A stretch of DNA of 64,000 bases from NCBI GenBank assembly GCA_964016885.1, contig OZ024766.1, positions 16,182,001-16,246,000 of the forward strand, given 5' to 3'. The notes below the pieces were generated by a model that worked only from the letters and a program-made list of their open reading frames with translations, was not told where the DNA came from and made no database searches. Below, piece after piece: positions 21,796 to 37,052 of this stretch (position 1 is its first letter; each line of letters begins with the position of its first letter). This stretch comes from Eledone cirrhosa (taxonomy: Eukaryota). A program made the position numbers and the translations under genes.

Positions 21796-22737
21796 ATGGA
21801 AAATAAATTGAGTGAAAAGAAGATTAAATGTGAAACAATGTCTAAAGATATGGCTATTACAGAAGAGATGTCAAAGGATAGAGGAGAGAAGCCATATCAC
21901 TGTGATGTTTGTGGTAAATCATTCTCTGAAAGTAGTAAATTAACTAGTCACAAACGTATACATACAGTAGAGAAGCCATATCACTGTGATATCTGTGGTA
22001 AATCATTCTTTGTTAATGGTAATTTAACAAGCCACAAACGTACACATACAGTAGAGAAACCATATCACTGTGATGTCTGTGGTAAATCATTCTTTGTTAA
22101 TAGTAAATTAACTAGCCACATGCGTATACATACAGGTGAGAAGCCATATCACTGTGATATCTGTGGTGAATCATTCTCTCAAAGTAGTACCTTAACTAGC
22201 CACAAACGTACACATACAGGAGAGAAGCCATATCACTGTGATATCTGTGGTAAATCATTCTCTGAAAGTGGTAACTTAACTAGCCACAAACGTACACATG
22301 CAGGAGAGAAGCCATATCACTGTGATATCTGTGGTAAATCATTCTTTGTTAATGGTAGTTTAAATAGCCACATGCGTATACATACAGGTGAGAAGCCATA
22401 TCACTGTGATATCTGTGGTAAATCATTCTTTGTTAATAGTGAATTAACTAGACACAAACGTACACATACAGGTGAGAAGCCATATCACTGTGATATCTGT
22501 AGTAAATCATTCTCTTTTAGGAGTAATTTAACTTGTCACATCCGTACCCATACAGGTGACAAGCCATATCACTGTGATATCTGTGGTAAATCATTCTCTG
22601 CAAGTGGTAACTTAACTAGCCACAAACGTATACATACAGGTGAGAAGCCACATCACTGTGATATCTGTGGTAAATCATTCTCTCAATTAAGTAGTTTAAC
22701 TAGACACAAATATACCCATACAGGTAAGAAACCATAA
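21796..22737 (+). CDS. C2H2 zinc finger protein, 10 tandem fingers (313 aa)
   Basis: Same leader; 10 x 28-aa fingers; donor 19381, acceptor 21421. Confidence 0.95.
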   Translation: MENKLSEKKIKCETMSKDMAITEEMSKDRGEKPYHCDVCGKSFSESSKLTSHKRIHTVEKPYHCDICGKSFFVNGNLTSHKRTHTVEKPYHCDVCGKSFFVNSKLTSHMRIHTGEKPYHCDICGESFSQSSTLTSHKRTHTGEKPYHCDICGKSFSESGNLTSHKRTHAGEKPYHCDICGKSFFVNGSLNSHMRIHTGEKPYHCDICGKSFFVNSELTRHKRTHTGEKPYHCDICSKSFSFRSNLTCHIRTHTGDKPYHCDICGKSFSASGNLTSHKRIHTGEKPHHCDICGKSFSQLSSLTRHKYTHTGKKP

Positions 22738-23350
<613 letters not shown>

Positions 23351-25200
23351 GTTACTTAATGGAACACAAACACAATCAGACAAGATAAAAACCATGTCAC
23401 TCACCCAAAATAGTGCCACCAATGTTGTTAATGTTTTGAATAAAACTTGTTTGTTCTGAAATTATTCTCCTTTCATTTTATTTGTAGAAGTTGTAACCAA
23501 GACTTATGCTGACAAATCTGTATGGTACAGAATTTACAAACACTGTATATATATATATGTGCCAAGACATCTATGATCTCGGTTTACAGCTGATGAAGGG
23601 TTTCTTCTCTCCTTTCATCCATATTACCATCTTAAACTTTGTTTACAGTAACCACACACCTCCTTTCGTTTCTTATGATTTTATATATATATATAACAAA
23701 GGAGGTGTGGTAAACAACCAGATGGACCATATACGCACCAGAGTACTCAATACTTACGGTAGTAGAGCGGGTAATAGGAAAATGTTTAACCCCGACGGCA
23801 GAGCTCAATCCGTTTCGACGGCTATTTCTGGAAACAGTCCAGAAATAACCTTCGAAATGGCTTGAGCTCTGCCGTCGGGGTTAAACATTTTCCTATATAT
23901 ATATATATATATATGTATGAGTGTATATGTCAGTGTGTAGAAATTTCTGTCCATGAAAATGATTATCTTTATTTGTGTATATGTATGTGTATGTTTATAT
24001 GTGTTCTTATATACATGTGTGCACATCTTGATATATTTTCAGTGTCTGTTCTAGTTCTCAGAGTACAAATCCCACTGAGGTAAAGTTACTTTCATATGTT
24101 GAGGCCAATAAATGAAATACCAGTGAAATACTGGGGTGGTTAATTCCTCTTCTTTGTCATTGTCTGTTGTCTACTCTTCTCTTTCTCTGTATTTATATAT
24201 ATATATGTAAAATTAAAATAAAATTAATCTAAATCAAATTATGGGAGTCATGCCAGAAAGACATGTGACATATCACCCGTAAAATAAGCTCCATGGAGCT
24301 TATTTTACAGGTGATATGGCGCATGTCTTTCTGGCAAGACACCCATAATTTGATATAGATTAATTTTATTTTAATTAATCTTAATTTTGGATATATATAT
24401 ATAAATACGGCCCCTTAATTGTAGAGATAACTCTGTTGAAAGAACCTGACTGCGGTTTCTAGTTGTCAATAACCCTATTCATGCCACTGGGATGAAGCTG
24501 GTCTGATGTGTGTATTTTTAGTAGATACAGCACGTGTTACTGGTCAGTCGCTGATTTGAGCTTGATGCGTAAACACAGATGGTTGGCATTCTCCCTTGTT
24601 GAGAATCCAAGATCTGGCTACTGTCGTTTACCAATCGATTAATTGGTGAAATATATTTCTTTAATGGAATATATACAAGGAAGATTAATCATTTTCTAAG
24701 GTATCTATTTTTGAAGTTCTAGTTAAATTTATTTAGTTACCTACCTAGCTATGTGTGCTTACACACTTTTACAAATTATCCCCTGTCATTGTTTCATATG
24801 TTTATTTATATGTCAATCAATTTCTAGTTGATATATATATAAATATATATATATATACGTGGAAAAGTAAAATATAGCAGAACTGACCGTTAAAAGATGT
24901 TTATTTAAAATAGCACCTATGTAATGAAGACATGACAAATTGTCCTCGCGCGCTCTCTATATAGAGAAAAGGTGAAGTTGGAAATAGCGCGGAAAATATA
25001 TTTTAGGGGGCTGTTTTTCTGTTATTTATCTTTTGATTCGTCAAAGTGACATTATTGAAAATATGGGAGGGACATCATCATTTCATTTCACGTCCGCTTT
25101 CTCCCTGCTTGCAAGGGTGGGACAGGAACTGATTCTGGCTTGATTTCTACAGATGGATGCCCGTCTTAACGCCAACCTCACTTACAGTGAGTGCTGGGTG

Positions 25201-27176
25201 CTGTCATGTTGAATGTTTTTCAAGATGTTGTGGTCGGCATATTTCTGGTCATCCACCAGTCAAGGTTTATTTTCATCCACAAACTTACGCAACACTTCAA
25301 TATCATGGTTTCTCTCCTGAAAAACTGATTGTATTACCTCAATTTCTTCTGGCTCTGGCTTCCTGCATTGTTATTCATCGCTGGAATTCAATGCGACAGG
25401 TTGCACAGAGGTTGATTGTAAATCCTGGAGGTAGATTCCACATAAATATTGCTATAACATCTTTGGGTTAGGTGGAGATGGTCGTCTGACATATTGTTTT
25501 TGTGCTCCTGCCAGGGTAGATGAGATTTATTCCATATGCTGTGAGTATAGTAGCAAACAACTGTCTTATTTAACTGGCTACTCCAGTGACTGCTCCTTCT
25601 AGTCTCTCCTTCCAATATCACTTGTCATACAGGTGTCCATGGCTGTCTTATTTAACTGGCTACTCCAGTGACTGCTCCTTCTAGTCCCTTCTTCCAATAT
25701 CAGTTGTCATACAGGTGCCCATGGCTGTCTTATTTAACTGGCTACTCCAGTGACTGCTCTTTCTAGTCCCTTCTTCCAATATCAGTTGTCATACAGGTGC
25801 CCATGGCTGTCTTATTTAACTGGCTACTCCAATGACTGCTCCTTCTAGTCTCTTCTTCCAATGTCAGTTGCCATACAGGTGTCCATGGCTGTCTTATTTA
25901 ATTGGCCACTCCAATGACTGCTCCCTCTAGTCCCTTCTTCCAATGTCAGTTGTCATACAGGAGTCCATGGCTGTCTTATTTAACTGGCTACTCCAGTGAC
26001 TGCTCCTTCTAGTCCCTTCTTCCAATGTCAGTTGTCATACAGGAGTCCATGGCTGTCTTATTTAATTGGCCACTCCAGTGACTGCTCCCTCTAGTCCCTT
26101 CTTCCAATGTCAGTTGTCATACAGGTGTCCATGGCTGTCTTATTTAACTGGCTACTCCAGTGACTGCTCCTTCTAGTCCCTTCTTCCAATGTCAGTTGTC
26201 ATACAGATGTCCATGGCTGTCTTATTTAACTGGCTACTCCAGTGACTGCTCCTTCTCGTCTCTTCTTCCAATGTCAGTTGTCATACAGGTGTCCATGGCT
26301 GTCTTATTTAACTGGCTACTCCAGTGACTGCCCCTTCTTGTCTCTTCTTCCAATGTCAATTGCCATACAGGTGTCCATGGCTGTCTTATTTAACTGGCTA
26401 CTCCAGTGACTGCTCCTTCTAGTCCCTTCTTCCAATGTTAGTTGTCATACAGGAGTCCATGGCTGTCTTATTTAACTGGCTACTGCAGTGACTGCTCCTT
26501 CTAGCCCCTTTTTCCAATGTCAGTTGTCATACAGGAGTCCATGGCTGCCTTATTTAACTGGCTACTCCAGTGACTGCTCCTTCTAGTATCTTCTTCCAAT
26601 GTCAGTTGTCATACAGGAGTCCATGGCTGTCTTATTTAACTGGCTACTCCAGTGACTGCTCCTTCTAGTCCCTTCTTCCAATGTCAGTTGTCATACAGGT
26701 GTCCATGGCTGTCTTATATAACTGGCTACTCCAGTGACTGCCCCTTCTTGTCTCTTCTTCCAATGTCAATTGCTATGCAGGAGTTGATGTCCTTTAGATG
26801 CTTCTTGTTATTAGCTGCACTCTTCCACCAAATCACCTGAGATCCTCAAATGACGTTGGTCCTTGAACAATATGCAGAAGTGGCTGTAAATAAAAACTCT
26901 CTCTGTTGTTGGGGTGGTCATTGTAAACATGCCCAATAGCATCACTTGCCTTGACTTCATCACCTTCCACTAAATGACCCTGCCTCCTTTGATTCCATGT
27001 CTTACAATTGGTCCAGGTGTAGTATTTTGGGATGTCAGCATATAGGAGGGATCGAAGAAATTCTTTATTCTGGCAGAGTTTCAAAAAAGCAGTTAGAGTA
27101 GTGTCAGGTGGTGCTGGTGTCAACTGATGAGCAGTGGTTTCAGTGAAGTACACACTCTGTCCATTTTCTATATGTA
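25201..27176 (-). mobile_element. Helitron RepHel relic, copy 3
   Basis: ORFs 26833-27198 and 25388-25621. Confidence 0.88.
25561..26778. repeat. 82-bp VNTR, ~15 copies
   Basis: Direct tandem repeats of the 82-bp unit. Confidence 0.95.
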
Positions 27177-27499
27177 TAGAGATAAGGATGAAAAGCAAAG
27201 TTAATCCCGCAGAGGTTAGCTTTGCCTTTCATCCCTACGGGGTCGATAAAATAAAGTACCAGTAATGTACTGGGGTATTGCTGGCCTTGTGCCTAATGTA
27301 GAAACAATTATTACGGGGTCGATAAAATATAGTACCAGTAATTCACTGGCGTATTTACTGGCCTTGTGCCTAAAGTAGAAACAATTATTACGGGGTCGAT
27401 AAAATAATGTACCAGTAATACACTAGGGTAATTGCTGGCCTTGTGCCAAAAGTAGAAACAATTATCACATTTCTTTTTAATAAATCACATCACTATAGA

Positions 27500-29894
27500 A
27501 TTAAATACGACTGGAAACGTGTCTGAAGGTACTAAATTATGTCAGGGACTTGTCACGTTTGACACCGTACGAGAGTCGAAACATTCGCTAAGACACCGAG
27601 TACCTGCTGTCTTCGTCATAACTTTAATTAATCTAATTATATCTTGTGTAACAATTATATATATATACACACACACAATTTTAATTCCCCGAGATCAGTC
27701 TTACACTGTCATATCTATTCTTACTTTACAATTGTGTCTACTAAGAGTTCCATTACAATCTGTAGTAGTAAAACTACTATTTCACCAGAACATCTGCTAT
27801 CAGTCATTTATAGACAATATATATATTTTAGACCACATATCAACCTAATATATATATATTTCCTATCAAATCTGTAGCTAAAGACATAAAGTCAGCCTCA
27901 CTACTTCATTCTGACAAGATATCAATTTATGACTAAAGATGAAGAAGATACACCAACGTTAATGTCGTGAAATAAAGCTGATAACATTGAAACTTCTAAT
28001 TTGATAACAAAGAGATTATTTCTTTGGTTGTTTAGTAACAACTAACAACACAATACATTGATTATATGTGAAGGAGGTAAGTTGACAAAGATTTACTTAA
28101 TGTCTATATTAATGTGTGTAAGTAATATAATTATGTGACCCCTACAACGCACCAGTAATTAACCAGATTCCACTGTTACATGTGATATAAAATATATTGT
28201 TATGACTGTCTTTATTATTTAAATTACCTCCGTCTATTTAATTATCTTGTTCACTACCTTACATTATAAAATATAGTTTATATTTAGCTATACCTTGTTA
28301 TTGCTTTAAGTAAATTAAAGATATATTTATTATTTAAATTACCTCCGTCTATTTAATTATGTGGTTCACTACCTTACATTATAAAATATATTTTATATTT
28401 AGCTGTACCGTGTTGTTGCTTTAAGTAAATTAATATTTTGTCTATTTTAGTCTAAATCTCTTACAATTTAATTAACTTCATCGACTTATGGTTGAACATT
28501 ACTTTATTCTGGGTTTCATTTCATTATAATTATGTCTGAGTTAGCCAGCCAAGTAGGGGTTGAGTATTTCAGGGAACTGCTTTGATGGTGAAGGGACATC
28601 TGTTGGTGTGGGATCTCGGTGGCTGTAAATAATAAGGTTCTAATACTCTAAAGAGCTAGCTGAATAACCGTCTGATACATGTCTTGTATAGAGGATCATA
28701 AAGCCATGTATAGAAGAGCAGTCAGCAATGTCAGGATTTACATTCATTATAGTGAAGTGGCAGTATCGGTAGGGAGTCGGACACCATGCTTTGAGGCACA
28801 GAGTTACGTCCCTTTATGATCTGAGTTCAAATCCCGCCGAGGTTAACTTTGCCTTACATCCATACGGGTTCTATAAAATAAAGTACCAGTAATGTACTGG
28901 GTAATTGCTGGCCTTGTGTTTAAAATAGAAACAATTATAGTGAATAATTTGGAGTGTAGTCTGGTGTCCACCAGGGCTCTGTTCTTAGCCCTCACTTAGT
29001 TATTATCGCCCTGCAGCCTATAACAGAGATGTTTCAGACTGGCTGCCCATGGGAACTCCTGTGTGCTCAGCAGGTCCTGAAGAATGCGGTCATGTGCATT
29101 TTCCAGGTCTATAAAACGATAATATTAGCAATACTCCCACGATTTCTCAAAGAGCTGCCACAGTGTGAATATTTGGTGGGTTATGTTGCACCCAGGGAGC
29201 AAACAGCACTGTCCATCAGCTAGCTTGGACTCGCTACATCACTTTGCCAGAAACTTTGCATATACTTTACCAGGGAGTCATAACAAGGTGATCCCTCTCT
29301 ATTTGGAACAATCTCTCGTGTGTCCCTTTTTATAAATTGGGATTATCACTCCCGATTGCCTTTGCTTGAGTGCCATTTCAGAGACCCAGGCCATCTGACA
29401 CACATGAGTCGGTCACATTTGAGCTCTTTAATTGCTCTTGTGACCTCAGCCTCCGAGAGATTAGTCACCGCTATCAGATTCACCTCATGTACATCCGAAG
29501 ATGCTGTTGTGATCGGGTTTGGGAGATCAGCAAAGTATTCTCTCCACCTCATGAGGATCCATCTCTCTGAAGAGAAAAGAACCCCAGATACACTCATGGT
29601 TGCAGGTGTGGAGAAAGATTTCTTGTAACTAATTAAAAACTAAAATAATTTGATTTTTCAATAAAAAGTTTGCAGGGTTTATAGATGTAAAATTTCCACT
29701 GTTAAATCTATCTCTGCTTCTTAAGTATACTCTATTATTTCATACTGTTTCTTTTTCATTTCAGAATATCAGATGACATTGGGATAAATTATTTTTTTCG
29801 ATCTTGGATACATCACCTCTATTTATCATCATTTGAAGATTAAAACTTTTTAAACAGAACTTATATAACACTGTTTATATAAATCTATCAGAAT
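27500..29894 (+). pseudogene. Truncated ZNF gene: exon 1, intron and first ~130 nt of exon 2, no CDS
   Basis: Donor 28077 and acceptor 29764 intact, then tctatcagaat|gactgctcc jumps into the 82-bp VNTR (3569-bp partial duplication). Confidence 0.85.
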
Positions 29895-30745
29895 GACTGC
29901 TCCTTCTAGCCCCTTTTTCCAATGTCAGTTGTCATACAGGAGTCCATGGCTGTCTTATTTAACTGGCTACTCCAGTGACTGCTCCTTCTAGTCCCTTCTT
30001 CCAATGTTAGTTGTCATACAGGAGTCCATGGCTGTCTTATTTAACTGGCTACTGCAGTGACTGCTCCTTCTAGCCCCTTTTTCCAATGTCAGTTGTCATA
30101 CAGGAGTCCATGGCTGCCTTATTTAACTGGCTACTCCAGTGACTGCTCCTTCTAGTATCTTCTTCCAATGTCAGTTGTCATACAGGAGTCCATGGCTGTC
30201 TTATTTAACTGGCTACTCCAGTGACTGCTCCTTCTAGTCCCTTCTTCCAATGTCAGTTGTCATACAGGTGTCCATGGCTGTCTTATATAACTGGCTACTC
30301 CAGTGACTGCCCCTTCTTGTCTCTTCTTCCAATGTCAATTGCTATGCAGGAGTTGATGTCCTTTAGATGCTTCTTGTTATTAGCTGCACTCTTCCACCAA
30401 ATCACCTGAGATCCTCAAATGACGTTGGTCCTTGAACAATATGCAGAAGTGGCTGTAAATAAAAACTCTCTCTGTTGTTGGGGTGGTCATTGTAAACATG
30501 CCCAATAGCATCACTTGCCTTGACTTCATCACCTTCCACTAAATGACCCTGCCTCCTTTGATTCCATGTCTTACAATTGGTCCAGGTGTAGTATTTTGGG
30601 ATGTCAGCATATAGGAGGGATCGAAGAAATTCTTTATTCTGGCAGAGTTTCAAAAAAGCAGTTAGAGTAGTGTCAGGTGGTGCTGGTGTCAACTGATGAG
30701 CAGTGGTTTCAGTGAAGTACACACTCTGTCCATTTTCTATATGTA
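29894..30745 (-). mobile_element. Partial Helitron relic with ~5.5 copies of the 82-bp VNTR (29894-30347)
   Basis: ORF 30402-30767 identical to 26833-27198. Confidence 0.88.
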
Positions 30746-33713
30746 TAGAGATAAGGATGAAAAGCAAAGTTAATCCCGCAGAGGTTAGCTTTGCCTTTCA
30801 TCCCTACGGGGTCGATAAAATAAAGTACCAGTAATGTACTGGGGTATTGCTGGCCTTGTGCCTAATGTAGAAACAATTATTACGGGGTCGATAAAATATA
30901 GTACCAGTAATTCACTGGCGTATTTACTGGCCTTGTGCCTAAAGTAGAAACAATTATTACGGGGTCGATAAAATAATGTACCAGTAATACACTAGGGTAA
31001 TTGCTGGCCTTGTGCCAAAAGTAGAAACAATTATCACATTTCTTTTTAATAAATCACATCACTATAGAATTAAATACGACTGGAAACGTGTCTGAAGGTA
31101 CTAAATTATGTCAGGGACTTGTCACGTTTGACACCGTACGAGAGTCGAAACATTCGCTAAGACACCGAGTACCTGCTGTCTTCGTCATAACTTTAATTAA
31201 TCTAATTATATCTTGTGTAACAATTATATATATATACACACACACAATTTTAATTCCCCGAGATCAGTCTTACACTGTCATATCTATTCTTACTTTACAA
31301 TTGTGTCTACTAAGAGTTCCATTACAATCTGTAGTAGTAAAACTACTATTTCACCAGAACATCTGCTATCAGTCATTTATAGACAATATATATATTTTAG
31401 ACCACATATCAACCTAATATATATATATTTCCTATCAAATCTGTAGCTAAAGACATAAAGTCAGCCTCACTACTTCATTCTGACAAGATATCAATTTATG
31501 ACTAAAGATGAAGAAGATACACCAACGTTAATGTCGTGAAATAAAGCTGATAACATTGAAACTTCTAATTTGATAACAAAGAGATTATTTCTTTGGTTGT
31601 TTAGTAACAACTAACAACACAATACATTGATTATATGTGAAGGAGGTAAGTTGACAAAGATTTACTTAATGTCTATATTAATGTGTGTAAGTAATATAAT
31701 TATGTGACCCCTACAACGCACCAGTAATTAACCAGATTCCACTGTTACATGTGATATAAAATATATTGTTATGACTGTCTTTATTATTTAAATTACCTCC
31801 GTCTATTTAATTATCTTGTTCACTACCTTACATTATAAAATATAGTTTATATTTAGCTATACCTTGTTATTGCTTTAAGTAAATTAAAGATATATTTATT
31901 ATTTAAATTACCTCCGTCTATTTAATTATGTGGTTCACTACCTTACATTATAAAATATATTTTATATTTAGCTGTACCGTGTTGTTGCTTTAAGTAAATT
32001 AATATTTTGTCTATTTTAGTCTAAATCTCTTACAATTTAATTAACTTCATCGACTTATGGTTGAACATTACTTTATTCTGGGTTTCATTTCATTATAATT
32101 ATGTCTGAGTTAGCCAGCCAAGTAGGGGTTGAGTATTTCAGGGAACTGCTTTGATGGTGAAGGGACATCTGTTGGTGTGGGATCTCGGTGGCTGTAAATA
32201 ATAAGGTTCTAATACTCTAAAGAGCTAGCTGAATAACCGTCTGATACATGTCTTGTATAGAGGATCATAAAGCCATGTATAGAAGAGCAGTCAGCAATGT
32301 CAGGATTTACATTCATTATAGTGAAGTGGCAGTATCGGTAGGGAGTCGGACACCATGCTTTGAGGCACAGAGTTACGTCCCTTTATGATCTGAGTTCAAA
32401 TCCCGCCGAGGTTAACTTTGCCTTACATCCATACGGGTTCTATAAAATAAAGTACCAGTAATGTACTGGGTAATTGCTGGCCTTGTGTTTAAAATAGAAA
32501 CAATTATAGTGAATAATTTGGGGTGTAGTCTGGTGTCCACCAGGGCTCTGTTCTTAGCCCTCACGTAGTTATTATCGTCCTGCAGCCTATAACAGAGATG
32601 TTTCAGACTGGCTGCCCATGGGAACTCCTGTGTGCTCAGCAGGTCCTGAAGAATGCGGTCATGTGCATTTTCCAGGTCTATAAAACGATAATATTAGCAA
32701 TACTCCCACGATTTCTCAAAGAGCTGCCACAGTGTGAATATTTGGTGGGTTATGTTGCACCCAGGGAGCAAACAGCACTGTCCATCAGCTAGCTTGGACT
32801 CGCTACATCACTTTGCCAGAAACTTTGCATATACTTTACCAGGGAGTCATAACAAGGTGATCCCTCTCTATTTGGAACAATCTCTCGTGTGTCCCTTTTT
32901 ATAAATTGGGATTATCACTCCCGATTGCCTTTGCTTGAGTGCCATTTCAGAGACCCAGGCCATCTGACACACATGAGTCGGTCACATTTGAGCTCTTTAA
33001 TTGCTCTTGTGACCTCAGCCTCCGAGAGATTAGTCACCGCTATCAGATTCACCTCATGTACATCCGAAGATGCTGTTGTGATCGGGTTTGGGAGATCAGC
33101 AAAGTATTCTCTCCACCTCATGAGGATCCATCTCTCTGAAGAGAAAAGAACCCCAGATACACTCATGGTTGCAGGTGTGGAGAAAGATTTCTTGTAACTA
33201 ATTAAAAACTAAAATAATTTGATTTTTCAATAAAAAGTTTGCAGGGTTTATAGATGTAAAATTTCCACTGTTAAATCTATCTCTGCTTCTTAAGTATACT
33301 CTATTATTTCATACTGTTTCTTTTTCATTTCAGAATATCAGATGACATTGGGATAAATTATTTTTTTCGATCTTGGATACATCACCTCTATTTATCATCA
33401 TTTGAAGATTAAAACTTTTTAAACAGAACTTATATAACACTGTTTATATAAATCTATCAGAATTACTGTGATATATTTCCTCAGAACTGAGTTTAAAGAC
33501 AAAATTCCTTTTCTTCACTGTGTGGTATATATATGAGAGATATATCTTGTATTTTAACTCAGCTTCAATGACAAAGAAGTTTGCATCATCTTCAGGTATT
33601 AACTAAGATCATAATTGAGGGAAATATAACAAAAATAATATTTTTTACGAATATAATATAAAAAATATTAAAGAATAACATCTGTAAATTCTGCCAAAGG
33701 AAGAAGAATTATT

Positions 33714-35075
33714 ATGGAAAATAAATTGAGGGAAAAGAAGATTAAATGTGAAACAATGTCTAAAGATATGGCTATTACAGAAGAGATGTCAAAGGATAGA
33801 GGAGAGAAGCCATATCACTGTGATGTTTGTGGTAAATCATTCTCTGAAAGTGGTAACTTAACTAGACACAAACGTATACATACAAAAGAGAAACCATATC
33901 ACTGTGATATCTGTGGTAAATCATTCTTTGTTAATGGTAATTTAACAAGCCACAAACGTACACATACAGGAGAGAAGCCATATCACTGTGATATCTGTGG
34001 TAAATCATTCTCTCGAAGTAGTAATTTAACTAGCCACATGCGTATACATACAGGTGAGAAGCCATATCACTGTGATATCTGTGGTAAATCATTCTTTGTT
34101 AATAGTAAATTAACTAGACACAAACGTACACATACAGGAGAGAAGCCATATCACTGTGATATCTGTGGTAAATCATTCTCTCTAAGTAGTATATTAACTT
34201 GTCACATCCGTACCCATACAGGTGACAAGCAATATCACTGTGATATCTGTGGTAAATCATTCTCTGAAAGTGGTAACTTAACTAGACACAAGCGTATACA
34301 TACAGGAGAGCAGCCATATCACTGTGATATCTGTGGTAAATCATTCTCTTTTAGTAGTAATATAAATTCTCACATACGTACTCATACAGGAGAGAAGCCA
34401 TATCACTGTGATATCTGTGGTAAATCATTCTTTAATAATATTAGTTTAACTAGACACGAACGTACCCATTCAGGAGAGAAGCCATATCACTGTGATATCT
34501 GTGGTAAATCATTCTTTGTTAATAGTAATTTAACTAGACACAAAAGTATACATACAGGAGAGAAGCCATATCACTGTGATATCTGTGGTAAATCATTCTC
34601 TGAAAGTGGTACCTTAACTAGCCACAAACGTATACATACAGGAGACAAGCCATATCACTGTGATATCTGTGGTAAATCATTCTCTCGAAGAAGTTACTTA
34701 ACTGAGCACTTACGTATCCATACAGGTGAGAAGCCGTATCACTGTGATATCTGTAGTAAATCATTCTCTGATAGTGGTACCTTAACTAGCCACATACGTA
34801 TACATACAGGAGAGAAGCCATATCACTGTGATATCTGTGGTAAATCATTCTCTGAAAGTGGTACCTTAACTAGACACAAACGTATCCATACAGGAGAGAA
34901 GCCATATCACTGTGATATCTGTGGTAAATCATTCTCTGAAAGTGGTACCTTAACTAGACACAAACGTATCCATACAGGAGAGAAGCCATACCACTGTGAT
35001 ATCTGTGGTATATCATTCTCTCAATTAAGTAGTTTAACTAAACACAATTATACCCATACAGGTAAGAAACCATAA
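33714..35075 (+). CDS. C2H2 zinc finger protein, 15 tandem fingers (453 aa), finger set distinct from gene 1
   Basis: Leader MENKLREKK..; 15 fingers; donor 31646, acceptor 33333. Confidence 0.95.
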   Translation: MENKLREKKIKCETMSKDMAITEEMSKDRGEKPYHCDVCGKSFSESGNLTRHKRIHTKEKPYHCDICGKSFFVNGNLTSHKRTHTGEKPYHCDICGKSFSRSSNLTSHMRIHTGEKPYHCDICGKSFFVNSKLTRHKRTHTGEKPYHCDICGKSFSLSSILTCHIRTHTGDKQYHCDICGKSFSESGNLTRHKRIHTGEQPYHCDICGKSFSFSSNINSHIRTHTGEKPYHCDICGKSFFNNISLTRHERTHSGEKPYHCDICGKSFFVNSNLTRHKSIHTGEKPYHCDICGKSFSESGTLTSHKRIHTGDKPYHCDICGKSFSRRSYLTEHLRIHTGEKPYHCDICSKSFSDSGTLTSHIRIHTGEKPYHCDICGKSFSESGTLTRHKRIHTGEKPYHCDICGKSFSESGTLTRHKRIHTGEKPYHCDICGISFSQLSSLTKHNYTHTGKKP

Positions 35076-35530
35076 CAAAGTCATATCTCATTGTCTCAAA
35101 ATTGTAAATTAATTAGACACAAATACATTCATATGAGTGAGAAGCCATACCACTGTGGTATTGTGGAGAAATAATTCTCTTGTATTGCTACATTAACTAC
35201 ATACAAACATAAATATATACTGGAGAAAAGCCATATTACTGTGATATCTGTGGAAATTGTTATCTATAAAAGCTAGCTTAACTAGACACAAACATATATA
35301 TACAGGAGAGAAACTATATCACTGTGATATCTGTGGGAAATCATTCTCTGAAATAAGTCACTTCACTCAGCACTAACATTTACAGAAAAGGAACCATATC
35401 ACTGTGATATCTGCAGTAAATCATTCTCTAAATGTTGTGACTTCACTAGACACTAACATATACAGGAGAGGAACCATATCACTGTGTTGTCTGTGGTAAA
35501 TCATTTTCTAAATGTTGTGGTACCAACATA
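35076..35530 (+). pseudogene. ~6 degenerate fingers in the 3' UTR of gene 4
   Basis: Shorter version of the same tail; repeated at 47465-47919. Confidence 0.85.
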
Positions 35531-37052
35531 AGGTTACTTAATGTAACAGAAACACAATCAGACAAGATAAAAACCATGTCACTCACCCAAAATAGTGCCA
35601 CCAATATTGTTAATGTTTTCAATAAAACTTGTTTGTTCTGAAATTATTCTCCTTTCATTTTATTTGTAGAAGTTGTAACCAAGACTTATGCTGACAAATC
35701 TGTATGGTACAGAATTTACAAACACTATATATATATATATGTGCCAAGCCATCTATGATCTCGGTTTACAGCTGATGAAGGGTTTCTTCTCTCCTTTCAT
35801 CCATATTACCATCTTAAACTTTGTTTACAGTAACCACACAACTCCTTTCGTTTCTTATAATATTATATATATATATAACAAAGGAGGTGTAGTAAAGAAC
35901 CAGATGGACCATATACGCACCAGAGTACTCAATACTTAGGGTAGTAGAGCGGGTAATAGGAAAATGTTTAACCCCGACGGCAGAGCTCAATCCGTTTCGA
36001 CGGCTATTTCTGGAAACAGTCCAGAAATAACCGTCGAAATGGCTTGAGCTCTGCCGTCGGGGTTAAACATTTTCCTATATATATATATATATACATATGT
36101 ATGAGTGTATATGTCAGTGTGTAGAAATTTCTGTCCATGAAAATGACTATCTTTATTTGTGTATATATGTGTGTGTATATGTATGTGTATGTTTATGTGT
36201 TCTTATATACGTGTGTGCACATCTTGATGTATTTTCAGTGTCTGTTCTAGTTCTCAGAGTACAAATCCCACTGAGGTAAAGTTGCTTCGTTATTTTGAGG
36301 TCAATAAATGAAATACCAGTGAAATACTGGGGATGTGGGGTTAATTCCTCTTCTTTGTCATTGTCTGTTTGTCTACTCTTCTCTTTCTCTGTATATATAT
36401 ATATATATATATCCAAAATTAAGATAAATAAAATTAATCTATATCAAATTATGGGTGTCATGCCAGAAAGACATGCGCCATATCACTCGTAAAATAAGGT
36501 CCATGGAGCTTATTTTATGAGCGATATGGCGCCTGTCTTATTGGCATGACACCCATGATACAATTCAGATTAATTTCATTTTAATTTATCTTAATTTTGG
36601 ATATATATATAAATAGGGCCTCTTAATTGTAGAGCTAACTCTGTTGAAAGGACCTGACTGCTGTTTCTAGTTGTCAATAACCCTATTCACGCAACTGGGA
36701 CGAAGCTGGTATGATGTGTGTATTTTTAGTAGATACAGCACGTGTTACTGGTCAGTCGCTGATTTGAACTTGATGCGTAAACTCAGATGGTTGGACTTCT
36801 TCCTTGTTGAGAATCCAAGATCTGGCTACTGTCGTTTACCAATCGATTAATTGGTGAAATATATTTCTTTAATGGAATATATACAAGGAAGATTAATCGT
36901 TTTCTAAGGTATCTATTTTTGAAGTTCTAGTTAAACTTTATTTAGTTACCTACCTAGCTATGTGTGCTTACACACATTTACAAATTATCCCCTGTGATTG
37001 TTTCATATGTTTATTTATATGTCAATCAATTTCTAGTTGATATATATATATA

